64,000 bases of DNA from Ophelia neglecta (lineage: Eukaryota). Positions 11,959 to 25,800 of this stretch are shown here, piece by piece; position 1 is the stretch's first letter; each line of letters opens with the position of its first letter. A program made the translations under genes and the position numbers. Below the pieces are notes generated by a model. The model saw nothing but the letters and a program-made list of their open reading frames with translations, did no database searches and was not told the origin of the DNA. The DNA lies in assembly GCA_965285935.1 (NCBI GenBank), contig OZ260662.1, positions 48,298,001 to 48,362,000 of the forward strand, given 5' to 3'.

Positions 11959-14900
11959 GGAGGATGGCCAACTTTGATTATGGCATAACAAGAGTTATAC
12001 AAGGCCCCTTACCTGCCAGCCACTTCTGATAAGTGGTTTCTTCATTTGGATCTTTCGGAGGTATCCTTGGAATTAATGATTCATGCTTTTCATATATTTT
12101 GGAATACATTTTTGCCACAAATTTGAGGAAGTTATCATCTGCTTTGAGAATTTCAATCTTGGCATTATATGAGACATGGTATTCTGTGACTTCTTCCCTA
12201 TATGTGAAAAGTTCCAGTGAAAGATTGACATCAAAGTCATCAGGAAGAGCCTGTTGAATTGTATTCGAGTTCTCATCGCCAATTTCCTGATCATCATTCT
12301 CTTCCAGAATTAATTGTGCACAAGCTTCAATATCAGCAATATCGTCAATGTCAATGTCAGAGTCCCATTCTACTTCATCATTTAGAGCTTCTGCTTGTGT
12401 TTTCACAGGAAGCGCTGGTGGAGCTAGGTGATGGCAGCATGACTCAGTTACTGGCTGTGATGGGTTATTGGCAACGCCAATATCATCAGGCTGTGGAGGA
12501 ACTATGGCACCTCGAGAGAAGTTCACAAGTCTGAGTCCAGCTGAAGACCTAACACGACCAAGGGCAACTCCCAGCATCCCAGGACTGCCGATTAGCCCAC
12601 AGTGTATCTCAACATTCTCAAGGGTCATACCCTGAGCCTTGTGGATGGTCAAGCCATATGCAAGGTTGAATGGAAACTGCTTCCGGGTGGCTTCATCAAC
12701 TTTTTTTTTTGGATTGTACTCTGAAATAAACAGGAAATGATGTAAAATGTGGCCAAATGTTAACAGTAAGTTAATGTGGTTTCTGCTGTAACACTGCCAT
12801 TAATTGTCAAGAATCATAGGCCTATATGTATGTCAAATCAATTAGAGCATGTTTTATGCTTATTTTTCTAATTAAACTATGTAGTAACATATCCATCATA
12901 AACATGCAAGGTACAAGAGTATAAATTTTACAGGGTAAAATCAGTACAATTGATTGTTTTGTAGCCTCTAAGGCAACCTGAACTTGTAACATTGTTGGGG
13001 TAAATTAAACCAGGCAATGTAATAGGAAAATGCAAATATTGCTAAATGTGAATGTAGTGTGACTGAGCACTGAAGATTTATCTCTTCTCTATTGGTTCAA
13101 TGATTTAAATCAAATTCATTTTCACAATTTAACTACTGAATGAAGCAAATTGGCCACACATCTATGATATCTGAATATCAAAAATTGACAAAATTTCAAC
13201 AAATATCTCATAGTGGGGAAATGTTGCCAATATGTTGTTATCCACTAACCAGAAAATCAGTTTGGTATGGCCTCACCACCCACTTTTCAAATAGAGGATT
13301 ATGCAATTTCTGCCCAGCTTAAACCTATTTCTCCCTGTAGAGCAGAAACTTTGCAACCCTGCACATGCGCATTTTAAAGAAGGCTTACTTCCCGGCTTTT
13401 TTTTATAAGTATGGAATATAGAGAAGATGAATCATTGCACAATGGAAGGAATATGGAATGAAACAAACCTGTGAAAGTGTCTCTTGTGAAATCAGTTGTC
13501 AAGTTGATATCCTCAAAATGGACTTTCAGTATGTCATCATTGAAGTCAACTAGATAGCCCAGTAGTCCATTTACCAGGCGGGGGTCTTTATGCATGTAGT
13601 TCTTTGAAAGGATGAGTGGGCAGCCCCTCCTAATTTGTAGCTGTTCTGGAACTGCCATGGCTTTCAAGAAATCTGGATTACCAGAATCTACAGCAGCATA
13701 GCACTTCTCAGGCCCACCATGCTAAAAAGATGACCATACAGCAATTTATTTAAAATTTATTTTGGGAATTTATTTTCATTAATTTCTTACAAAAAATTAT
13801 AGTGTGGTATGAAATAAGCACAGTTATGTGTGAAGAGCATGAGGGTTCTCACCTTCAACAACATCTCTCGGTTGTGCTTGTTGACCTCGAATTTTCGAGG
13901 GAACAGTTTTACTATTTTCCCATCTGGGACCGGTAATGGCTTGCTGTGAGAGGACAGGAATTGGATCGTTTCCTCTGAGGGCTTTCCTTGTGCAACTTCC
14001 TGCACAGCCTGGATATAAAAAAAGATTGATATGGTGTTTCAGTGTAATGGTAATGACATATGAAAGTCAGAAAAAAACAGGTAGAAAATAGCTGACACCC
14101 CCCCCCCTCTACACACACCCACCCACATACCCTAATACACAGTGGAACACTTTGAGTGATAACTTACAAGGAATGGATATTTTCAGCCTATTCTATGCAC
14201 TTGTATTTTTTTTACTCTATTATTCAATAACTGAAGACAATTTCAATATTTGGATTAGTTTTAATAGGCTCGGAATTAATTCACCAGCTTTACTGATATT
14301 GCTTTCATACCTAATTTACTATTTATTGAAGATACACAATCTAGAAAATGGACACTGCAAAAAAACCCTCAATGACAGTGTTTGAGAATTAAATCTGTTT
14401 TATATTGCCTTTTCAATTCATATTTATTAAATGCTTACATTTATCAGCAATGTTTCTTCCTGTCGAAGAACTTGCTGAAGCACAATGGTGTGTTGTACAG
14501 CGGCTGTCCATGCTGGTGACTTGTAGCAGGGCTCCCCAGGGTCATTGTACAGCACATTACGGACAGGCCGAAGTTGTAGGAAGTCACCTACAAAGATGAC
14601 CTGCAACCCTCCAAATGCTTCTTCAGTCTGAAAGTTAGAAAGTCAATCATTATATCAACACATTGACAAATAAAAACACAAGGGTATAGGCCTGCCTTTA
14701 GCCACACGTGGAAAGGGATGTTTTAATGAATCATTCACGTGATGGGCACAATATAAAGCTTATGCCTGAAAACTTTTAAATTTGTCTTGTAGATTAGCTA
14801 GACCTACCTTGCGCACCTTCCGGCAAATGTATTCTATTTGCTTAAGTAGTCGGGCACTTAACATAGAAATTTCATCAATGATGAGGGTATTAGTGTCCTC

Positions 14901-15678
14901 AAGCCTCCTTTTGGCACCTTCTTTTCTTTGATCAGAACATATGAGATGAAGTGCTTCCTCATCTTCATAGCGCCCATCTTGTATCCCTGCCCATCTAGCA
15001 AAACATGATTAAATTCATTATAATAACAGACATTAGAATTTATTTTCGATATCGCATTGATTTCTGAGGTAAAGGGCCTTTTTTAGAGGCCTTTTATTTA
15101 TAGGGAACAAAAACAAAGCAGCAAAAATGGTGCCAGTTGGCCCGAAAGAAAAAAAGGGCCTCGGAATCAGTTGCCAAAAGAGAGGGTTTCATCGATGAGG
15201 AGACTTTGCAAATGGGGTTAACTCAGACTCTCATGATGTAAAAATGGGTTTCTTGGAGATATATAGGGGAAATATTGGAAATGGGGTCTAGAGAGAGAGA
15301 GAGAGAGGGGGGGGGTACCTACTACGGCCGATATAGGGAGCCCCCCCCCCCCCCCCCCCCCCGTGTGGCACAGACTTCTCAAATATCGGTAGTAATAATT
15401 TATTTTGGACAAGAAGCATTTTCATCATAAATAACAGTTGTTACAAGTGCTTACCTGTGGATTGTTTGCGCTTTGCACCTCAGCTGAGCACTGGCCGATC
15501 CGGTGGTGCAGGTCACAGCAACAACTTGGTTAGCCACATGGTTAAGCTCATTGAAAATATGTCTCACTGTCTGGGATTTCCCAGTTCCTGCCTGGCCAAG
15601 CAGGCAGAAACTGTGTCCTTTCAAAGCCAGATGTAAGGCCCTTTGCTGTTCCTCCGTCAAAAGCATGACAGATGACAT
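9637..15678 (-). CDS. Pif1-family helicase / PHD-finger multidomain protein, inner copy; exons 15678-15455, 14994-14808, 14627-14439, 14008-13853, 13721-13469, 12720-12013, 11518-10297, 9733-9637 (~1011 aa)
   Basis: Walker A GQAGTGKS, TIHRWAGI, LIIDEISML, FGGLQVIFVGDFLQLRPV, RQ, LVNG, RKQFPFNLAYGLTIHKAQGMTL, VALGRVR. C-terminal PHD CLVC..WICCDLCDGWLHRVC..FMCPVC. All introns are GT-AG with consistent phases. Confidence 0.9.
9958..10136. mobile_element. pogo/Tigger-like (Tc1/mariner superfamily) MITE in helicase intron 7
   Basis: TA flanks and imperfect TIR CAGTAGAACC..AAGACCACC / GGTGGTCTT..GGTTCCAATG. Confidence 0.65.
11912..11958. repeat. (CA)n(TA)n microsatellite (also at ~22804-22850)
   Basis: Seen directly. 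Confidence 0.9.
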
Positions 15679-15734
15679 TTAAACAGAATGAAACACTTTT
15701 AACACGACTGACTACACCATGTGCGTTTATGTTT

Positions 15735-15775
15735 ATCCTTTAAATAGCCCTCTACAGCTCCCAGCCAATCACAGG
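15735..15775 (-). promoter_or_regulatory. Putative promoter of the helicase gene (TATTTAA box and CCAAT box)
   Basis: Minus-strand CTATTTAAAGG ~60 bp upstream of ATG 15678 and AGCCAATCA at ~15763-15771. A mirrored TGATTGGCT lies at ~5186 upstream of the transposase. Confidence 0.45.
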
Positions 15776-15866
15776 CCTCCTTACATTCTGACTCCTCACT
15801 TGGCCTTTACTGCTGGGTAGCTTTCAAAATGGTGGCTGAAGCAGCAGAATTTGAAGTCAGCAGGAT

Positions 15867-16320
15867 GATTTTGTTACATTTTGGCAAATATAAGGCTATT
15901 TAGGGGATGACAACCCCAAATAGTCGAGTGTAATGGGCCAGGGCCTACAGCCAGGGCAAGGAATGTACATATGATCCATGGAACTGCAGCTGAAGTTGCT
16001 GTTTACCTGTTAACTGGTGAGTGGTGGATGTGCCCAGTAGATGTTGTCCTTGTCAAAATAGGGGTAAAAAGCTGCATTTGAGGCTTGGTATAGAAAAATT
16101 ATATGATTTGACTGGACATTTATTGTGTTTTATTGAAAGTATTATTACCTGAGGACAGATTTGTGCAGTGAAAGTGGAGGATTGTGTTGAATTTTTGAAA
16201 ATATCGGGCTTTAAGCTGAGAGATGCCTGTCGGACTCCATGCAGGAGTCTGTTCCCTTGTTATTTTTATATAGTATATAGTGACTATATATGGGAGATTT
16301 CAGTTTTAAAAGGCCCTGTG
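15867..16320 (-). repeat. Right TIR of inner element
   Basis: Inverted copy of 4650-5103. Confidence 0.93.
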
Positions 16321-16341
16321 GTTTGAAAAACCTTTAACACC

Positions 16342-19300
16342 ATGGGAAATGAGAAATGCTTTGCAGCAAATTGGTACGTATCAATACAAATTTTCCTATT
16401 TATTCTTTTGAGGAATTAAATGGAATTTAATTGGAATAGGCCCACATAGTATCAAAATAAATTGTATAATATTACATTACACTGTAAGGCCCTGTAAACC
16501 AGACAAAAGATGAAAAGAAAAGCTTAAGCCCCAGGAAATTAATTTTCTGTTAGGGGATACTTTATGGAAAAATTGCTTTTCCCCAATATTAAGAGCTTCA
16601 AAAAAGTAGGATGCTTACCCTACCAAACATTCAATTCAGCACAAAATTAAGATGCTTGCAACTATGTGAATATTAATCAGTATTAATGTAAATAAATAAT
16701 GGGAGGAATATTGCCTCATTTATTCCAATATATATATCCCTATTCTAATAAATGCCTCTCCTCTGCGTCTGATAAATAATGTCTCTCCTGAAATGTCATA
16801 CAGCCCCAACCCCCCACCCCCCCCCCCCACCCCCCAAAAAAATTCATAAACTCCCACTTGTGTCATTTTTTCTACTTCCCGAGTTGAATTATTTACCACC
16901 TTTTGGCATGTTAACCAGGGCTTCTAAATTTTATGCCACAATCAGAGTTGTCTTTTTTTAGTCAGCATTGGGGATTTGAGAGAATTAGCATACATTTCAC
17001 AGCAGGGATTCATATTTGAGATTGGACTCGGCTTCATTAATTGTCTAATGCTTTTAGGAAAAAGAACAATAAAATGAGAACCTTTGAACATAACATATTT
17101 ATATGTACAAATAACAGGGCCCTGTTGTACAACTATAGATGTATTCAGATGTCATATAGCATAATAATGTGCTGTGTATAGCAACCATTCTCTCAGTAGT
17201 TATGTTATTTACTTACAAATAATGTGCATACTGCCTTCAGTGCCTTGGTTACTATCACATTTAATATAATAGGTTAACCCATTAGGCATCAAAATAGTTT
17301 TTATTGCAATTAAACATATTATTAGTTATTCCAACAAAAGGAAATAACTTCAGATTTCAAGAATGACTTTAACAGGGAGTAATTATCAAAGACAATATTT
17401 GAATGTTATACATAATATTCATTACATAACACATCTTTTATGATTCAATCTCAATAAAATACTTAATTTTATCTCAAATGAGCTCTCTTACACCACACCC
17501 CGAGGGGGGGGGCACTCTGTATACTGGGGTTATTACATATGTGCCGCCGTTTCGACCCCCCTTTTTCGACCTATGTAGAATTTCGACCCCCTGTTTTTTA
17601 CCTTCATGTAGAATTTCGACCCCTGTTTTTAGCATATGTACAACTTTTGATTGAAATGTAGAATTTCGACCCCTATATTTGGTTGAAATATAGAATTTTT
17701 CCCCTATATCTGGCTGAAATGTAGAATATCGACCCCTGTTTTCAGCAATTTTTGTAGAGTTTGCGCCTGTGATTCGAAGACTGGGCGACACAATTGTACC
17801 AATTTCCAGACTGAGTGCCCCCCCCCCCCCCCCGGGCACCACACTGTGTAAAGTCGAGATGATCACACTTTCATTGCCAACAATGTGGCATGAGAGAGTG
17901 GCCCTTTAACTCCATAATTGATGAAACAGTTAAATGTAATACTAGTGTTATCACCAATGGTCAAAACAACAAAATTCCCTAATAGCAGTTATAAAAGCAA
18001 CTAGACCAATTACAATTAAATTCTTTTTTATTGCTAGGATTTTGAGGAACACCGCCCCATCTGAAGAGGGCCGACTTAGCAAAGATGAGGTTTTCTTTGC
18101 ATATTTTGAGCATGCATCAGCAACAGCTTCAGCACCTGACATCATTGATACTGTTCCATTTGGTAAGCTGTTCCTACGTTTAACAGGAACCAAGACAGTC
18201 AATCAACGTTATGGCAGAACTTTCAAGAAGGTTTATCTTGGTATAACATGGGCATCACCAGAAAGTACCCCTCTACCTGAATTTACAGCAAAGGAATTCC
18301 TCAATATTATACCCTCAAACGTGTCAGTGTGTCAACCATCTGAGGGGCTGATAACTGTTACCTGCTCATTAGACACTAAATGTGATGGAAGAACCATACA
18401 AAAAGAGGTAAAATTTCACAGGAATGGGTATTGGGAGTTACATGTAGATAGTTTTCCAGTGGAACTTCATCAAATTGGCATTGATAATCATTTTAATATG
18501 ACAGACAGAGAGGTGAAGGTAATCTTGTCCCTAGTTGAAAAAATTGATGTTTGTGGGGGCAAGACATGCCCAACATCTGGTGTATTGGTGAAGACATGCT
18601 TGTTACATAAAGTAACATATCCTGATGGACAAAAAAGTAACACAATACAAAGCACCTCTTGCCAAAGGGTCCTATCACTCATTTCCTCTGGCAAGTCCTG
18701 TAATACATGTAGATTAATAAAAGTATATGAACAGAAAAAACATGGGAATGTTCAAAATGTTGATCAGGCAGCTGGCCAAACATTCCAAGATGTCATTAGG
18801 AAATGGATTCCAAACATTTCAGCCAGTGCACTTGAGTTGTTTACCTCCCAAGTCAGCAACACAGGAAATTCTGGTAATCGTTGGAGTGGTTACCATGAAA
18901 CTATTCGTTGGTCCTTGGCCCTCTGGCTCCGTAGTAAGCAAGCGTACGCTGACCTTCGGAGGATGACTGGCTTGCATCTTCCGAGTGAGGAGACATTGCG
19001 TTTCCACAAAAACAGTGTGTCACATGGTGCAGGTCTCCAGGAGGAAAATATAAAGTGGATGTACCTAGAGGCAAAAAGGCTGAAAGTTCCTCAAAATGGA
19101 TGGGAGGGAGGATTACTCATTGATGAGATGTCTATACAGCCCTCTTTGGACTTTCAGCGCGATGGCAAGTTCCTGAAAATTGTAGGCTACAACAATCTTG
19201 GCGAGACCTGTGATGCCATGGCTACTCTAAGGAGGGGCAGTGATGAGCGTCAACTTGCAGACCATGTTTTGCAAATCTCATTTCAAGGATTAACACACTT

Positions 19301-20450
19301 CCGCTTTTCAGTTGCCCACTACCCCTCTAACCAAGTGTCATCTGGCCAACTGAATTATTTATTCCATCAGGCAGTGTCACTCCTAAAAAGTTATGGCTTC
19401 AGGGTCACTTACGTAAGCCTTGATGGGGCACAAGCAAACCGTACATTTGTCAAAATGTCATTTCCAAACAACGATGCCCGGGAAAAGAAAATGACCATGG
19501 AGTCACCAATTGGAAGTGGTGCCATTACTTTTATCATGGATTTTTCTCATGTGATTAAAAAAATCCGAAATTCCATTGAGAGCAGCCGAGTTGATGGTAA
19601 GCGGCTCCTCACCTTGCCATCAATGAAAACAGTTGAATGGCAGCATTGGCAGAGTGCCTATGATTGGGATAAGGGCAATCCACTTGCCTTACACCGTCAT
19701 CTAACAGATGAACACATACTGACTTTGTCCAATGCCTCCAAAATGAGGAACCACCTAGCAGAACATGTTTTGAATTCAGACATGTACAACTTGATGCTCG
19801 CCTACCAATCCAGTTTGGGAAGTCATGGTTCACATTTGGATGGTCCTATTGAGCTCCTCAACAACACACGGACCATGATTACAAACTTCCGAGACACAAG
19901 GGCTCTCTGTGAACCTTCCGATCCTAGACTGAAAGAAAACCTCAGTGTTCAACAGTGGTTCAAAAGCTGGGAAGTCTGGGCACTCAATCGCACTGACATC
20001 TCCCAACAGCAGCGTAAAGCACTCCTGATGACTGAGCAGTGTCGAGAGGATCTAGATTCTTGCTTGTTAGGATTTGATGAACTGTGTCGTCGGCGAATGT
20101 CGGAGGAAACCACCAGTCGGTATTCCATCATACCTGCAAGCATAAACAGTGATGCAATAGAAAACAACTTCTGTCAAGTTCGTGGACTGAATGGATCAAA
20201 TCAAAATCCAACCTATTCACAATACCAAAAGACCATGAACACTGTCACTGTTCTGAGGCCTTTAGTCTCAAAGAAGGGCAATGCAACTGCAGGCCGTGAG
20301 GGAGCAGAAGCTTTAACCTTGAAGAGAGCAGCCTCCCAAACCAGCAAGATTGTCAAAAAGAAGCCCTTTACAGATCTGACTAACTTGTACGTACTGTTAT
20401 CTTATCAATATGTTTTCAAATTTTCACCATATCTCCATATTTATTATTAA
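16342..20450 (+). CDS. P-element-family transposase, outer copy; predicted exons 16342-16373 and 18038-20450
   Basis: The ORF-track protein is identical to the inner copy. Confidence 0.9.
17499..17836. mobile_element. MITE in transposase intron (outer copy)
   Basis: Same TIRs and CACCACAC TSD as 6604-6944. Confidence 0.8.
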
Positions 20451-20528
20451 GTTATTAAGAATACTGTAGATAAAATATTTCAGAGTATAAAAAGTACCTG
20501 GTTGTTTTAAAATGTTGTGGCAGTAACA

Positions 20529-22803
20529 TCATAGCAAACACACTGGGCACATAAACTCCTCATCTTCGGACTGGTACTTCTGGTATTCCTCCACAGTAAG
20601 ACCAGAACAGACTCGATGTAACCAACTGAAACATTACCAGTACAAAACATGCAAAAGGATGATATCAGTCACTAAAATGACATGAACATGATGCATAAAG
20701 CCATACTGGAGTGTAGTCTCCAGACTTTTTTCATACATCGTAGAATATGTTTGTGCAAAATTTTACTTCATCGGTGGAAGAATGTCGTTAGTAGTTACAT
20801 TGCAATATTTAAGTAGAAAGATGTTTTCAACATGTAACATATACAATTACAGTAGAACCTTCCTTAAAGACCACCCCTTTATACAGACCACCTGTCTATT
20901 TTGACCACCCACTTTAAGAACAGAAAGTCGGGGTTTCATTGAAAATCAACCTGTCTTAACAGACTGCTTGTCTGGAGAGACCAGCATTTCTCAGTCCCAT
21001 TGGTGGTCTTAATAGACAGGTTCCAATGTATATGACAACATCACAGCTTATACATGTACATATCTATAGCAATTTTTAAAAACAATTAACAGGTCATTGA
21101 CCATACTTTGGTAGTAACATGATAATTGTGCTCAGCTGCAGCTGGACAGAATATTTAACAAACAAATGAGTAATGTCAGTTAACTTACCCATCACACAGG
21201 TCACAGCATATCCATTCCTCACCACTCTCTTCTTGCTTCTTGCAGACAAGGCATGCCGGCGGATGTGAAACCTCAGAAACTGGTTCTGCCACGACACCAT
21301 CCAGTATGTGGTGAGCAGAAGCTGAAAGATGATGAAGCTCTTGGTCCTGAGGTGTCTGACTACAGTCTTGGATACCCTGCTCCAAGCTAGGAAGTAAGTC
21401 CTTCTTTGTATTGCTTTTGGGCTTTTTGATGTTGTATGCCTGACACAAGGTTAAAAGGTCATTCTTCAAGAATTTGTTCAACTTCGTTCTAGACATTTTT
21501 GCCAATTTCAAGTGAATGTCACCTGCAATATTTGCAGCTTTTGTTTCACCAGCATGGCGAGATGCTTTTCTTGGTTTTTTAGAGCCTGTGCCTGCCACTA
21601 CTGCTTTCCTATTCCGCTTGGACGGATTCCCTTGAACATGCTGCCCTATTTGAGTTCTGTGTGCCTTTTTTTTGGGAAGAGCACTGAGAATATCTCGCCT
21701 CCACTGTCTCATCATTGTCCGTGTGAATACCTGAACCATGTCTTCATGCAGTGATGTGATTAAGGGAGAGTCCATGTTTTGGCCTTCAAACATAGTATGC
21801 ACACTCCTTAACACATCTGGGTCTTTCATAATTTCAGAGAAGACTAATCGATGAACATCATCTCCAAATTTAGCAATGTTCTTGCTTCCTATCAAGGATA
21901 GGAATTTCTCACATATTACCCCAAAATAAGAAAATGCTGTATCAGAGATGTTGGTTAGTCCTTGGGAAATGTTCTGTTTGGCCTTTATTTCCTGCAAACT
22001 CAAGGGGTCATTTGTCTCAGCCTCTATCTGATCAGGTGACTTACACAGAGTTTTCAGAAGAATCATCTTCTGATATGATTCCTCCCAAAGTTTAAGTTCC
22101 TGTGAGGAACAGTTGTACATTTTCCTCCCCAGTCGCAGATTCAGCTGTTTGCGGCACTGATGGATCACATATCCCGAAACATATCGCAGTTTGCCCCTAA
22201 CATCAGAGTTATGCATTCTGCCTTTCAAACTGCTAAATCGCCTGGACTCTTTTCCATGCTCCTGTTCTATGTGTTTTTCTGTGCGCACAAGTGTCACTGC
22301 AGTAGAAAGCTTGTACACCATTTTCCAGCATATGTCTTTACACATGTCATCGAGCTTGTCCCCAAAAGTCTCTTTCATCATAGTCTGATATGTTGATTGG
22401 TGAAACATACCTGCAAGCACATACAGAAGTGTTCAAATTCCATTTTAAGCATTTAATTTCATTCATAATAGCAATAATTTATTTCAATGCTTTTTATTAC
22501 AGGGCATTCCCACCTGCCTCTCTAAGTAGAATTATATTAGTAAGACTATTGCAATCAGCCTCAATGTTTATATAAATGAAAATTGTAAACAACTCCAGAT
22601 TTTACTTCTTCAACATTAAATAATTAAGTCTCTGGAATGTATGGAATGTATTTGTATTACACAATTGTATATATAAATTTTATGAGTTGACCCACTGAAT
22701 GTATACATTCCACAGTTTGGCTTTTGAAACTATACATTCAATGACTAAAATGGCCTATCGGATGTATACATGTACATTCCAATGGATGTAAACATTCAAT
22801 ACA

Positions 22804-22850
<47 letters not shown>

Positions 22851-25800
22851 GGAGGATGGCCAACTTTGATTATGGCATAACAAGAGTTATACAAGGCCCC
22901 TTACCTGCCAGCCACTTCTGATAAGTGGTTTCTTCATTTGGATCTTTCGGAGGTATCCTTGGAATTAATGATTCATGCTTTTCATATATTTTGGAATACA
23001 TTTTTGCCACAAATTTGAGGAAGTTATCATCTGCTTTGAGAATTTCAATCTTGGCATTATATGAGACATGGTATTCTGTGACTTCTTCCCTATATGTGAA
23101 AAGTTCCAGTGAAAGATTGACATCAAAGTCATCAGGAAGAGCCTGTTGAATTGTATTCGAGTTCTCATCGCCAATTTCCTGATCATCATTCTCTTCCAGA
23201 ATTAATTGTGCACAAGCTTCAATATCAGCAATATCGTCAATGTCAATGTCAGAGTCCCATTCTACTTCATCATTTAGAGCTTCTGCTTGTGTTTTCACAG
23301 GAAGCGCTGGTGGAGCTAGGTGATGGCAGCATGACTCAGTTACTGGCTGTGATGGGTTATTGGCAACGCCAATATCATCAGGCTGTGGAGGAACTATGGC
23401 ACCTCGAGAGAAGTTCACAAGTCTGAGTCCAGCTGAAGACCTAACACGACCAAGGGCAACTCCCAGCATCCCAGGACTGCCGATTAGCCCACAGTGTATC
23501 TCAACATTCTCAAGGGTCATACCCTGAGCCTTGTGGATGGTCAAGCCATATGCAAGGTTGAATGGAAACTGCTTCCGGGTGGCTTCATCAACTTTTTTTT
23601 TTGGATTGTACTCTGAAATAAACAGGAAATGATGTAAAATGTGGCCAAATGTTAACAGTAAGTTAATGTGGTTTCTGCTGTAACACTGCCATTAATTGTC
23701 AAGAATCATAGGCCTATATGTATGTCAAATCAATTAGAGCATGTTTTATGCTTATTTTTCTAATTAAACTATGTAGTAACATATCCATCATAAACATGCA
23801 AGGTACAAGAGTATAAATTTTACAGGGTAAAATCAGTACAATTGATTGTTTTGTAGCCTCTAAGGCAACCTGAACTTGTAACATTGTTGGGGTAAATTAA
23901 ACCAGGCAATGTAATAGGAAAATGCAAATATTGCTAAATGTGAATGTAGTGTGAAACTTTGCTGACACTAAATGGCTATGTGACATTATTCTGTCAAGAG
24001 GAGGGTTGCACCTGCAGTAACCCCCTAATATTCTGCCAATAGTCACATTAAAATATGCCTCTGTTTAGGCCTCTTCACATAGACTATCTGTTTCATTTTT
24101 AAAATGTTGGTTATATAGTGACTATATATGGGAGATTTCAGTTTTAAAAGGCCCTGTGGTTTCACTCACTGCAACCTTTAACAGAACTGAGGATGACTGA
24201 GCACTGAAGATTTATCTCTTCTCTATTGGTTCAATGATTTAAATCAAATTCATTTTCACAATTTAACTACTGAATGAAGCAAATTGGCCACACATCTATG
24301 ATATCTGAATATCAAAAATTGACAAAATTTCAACAAATATCTCATAGTGGGGAAATGTTGCCAATATGTTGTTATCCACTAACCAGAAAATCAGTTTGGT
24401 ATGGCCTCACCACCCACTTTTCAAATAGAGGATTATGCAATTTCTGCCCAGCTTAAACCTATTTCTCCCTGTAGAGCAGAAACTTTGCAACCCTGCACAT
24501 GCGCATTTTAAAGAAGGCTTACTTCCCGGCTTTTTTTTATAAGTATGGAATATAGAGAAGATGAATCATTGCACAATGGAAGGAATATGGAATGAAACAA
24601 ACCTGTGAAAGTGTCTCTTGTGAAATCAGTTGTCAAGTTGATATCCTCAAAATGGACTTTCAGTATGTCATCATTGAAGTCAACTAGATAGCCCAGTAGT
24701 CCATTTACCAGGCGGGGGTCTTTATGCATGTAGTTCTTTGAAAGGATGAGTGGGCAGCCCCTCCTAATTTGTAGCTGTTCTGGAACTGCCATGGCTTTCA
24801 AGAAATCTGGATTACCAGAATCTACAGCAGCATAGCACTTCTCAGGCCCACCATGCTAAAAAGATGACCATACAGCAATTTATTTAAAATTTATTTTGGG
24901 AATTTATTTTCATTAATTTCTTACAAAAAATTATAGTGTGGTATGAAATAAGCACAGTTATGTGTGAAGAGCATGAGGGTTCTCACCTTCAACAACATCT
25001 CTCGGTTGTGCTTGTTGACCTCGAATTTTCGAGGGAACAGTTTTACTATTTTCCCATCTGGGACCGGTAATGGCTTGCTGTGAGAGGACAGGAATTGGAT
25101 CGTTTCCTCTGAGGGCTTTCCTTGTGCAACTTCCTGCACAGCCTGGATATAAAAAAAGATTGATATGGTGTTTCAGTGTAATGGTAATGACATATGAAAG
25201 TCAGAAAAAAACAGGTAGAAAATAGCTGACACCCCCCCCCCCCCTCTACACACACCCACCCACATACCCTAATACACAGTGGAACACTTTGAGTGATAAC
25301 TTACAAGGAATGGATATTTTCAGCCTATTCTATGCACTTGTATTTTTTTTACTCTATTATTCAATAACTGAAGACAATTTCAATATTTGGATTAGTTTTA
25401 ATAGGCTCGGAATTAATTCACCAGCTTTACTGATATTGCTTTCATACCTAATTTACTATTTATTGAAGATACACAATCTAGAAAATGGAAACTGCAAAAA
25501 AACCCTCAATGACAGTGTTTGAGAATTAAATCTGTTTTATATTGCCTTTTCAATTCATATTTATTAAATGCTTACATTTATCAGCAATGTTTCTTCCTGT
25601 CGAAGAACTTGCTGAAGCACAATGGTGTGTTGTACAGCGGCTGTCCATGCTGGTGACTTGTAGCAGGGCTCCCCAGGGTCATTGTACAGCACATTACGGA
25701 CAGGCCGAAGTTGTAGGAAGTCACCTACAAAGATGACCTGCAACCCTCCAAATGCTTCTTCAGTCTGAAAGTTAGAAAGTCAATCATTATATTAACACAT

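Larger units (their letters stand above)
4650..16320 (+). mobile_element. Inner P-element-superfamily DNA transposon (11,671 bp) nested in a copy of itself
   Basis: Same termini and TIRs. 8-bp TSD GTTTGAAA (4642-4649 / 16321-16328). The outer element sequence resumes exactly after the TSD. Confidence 0.95.

Noticed and set aside
9637-15678. Helitron, suggested by the Pif1 helicase
   Set aside because: No HUH Rep domain and no TC..CTRR ends. The gene lies within TIRs with 8-bp TSDs next to a DDE transposase.
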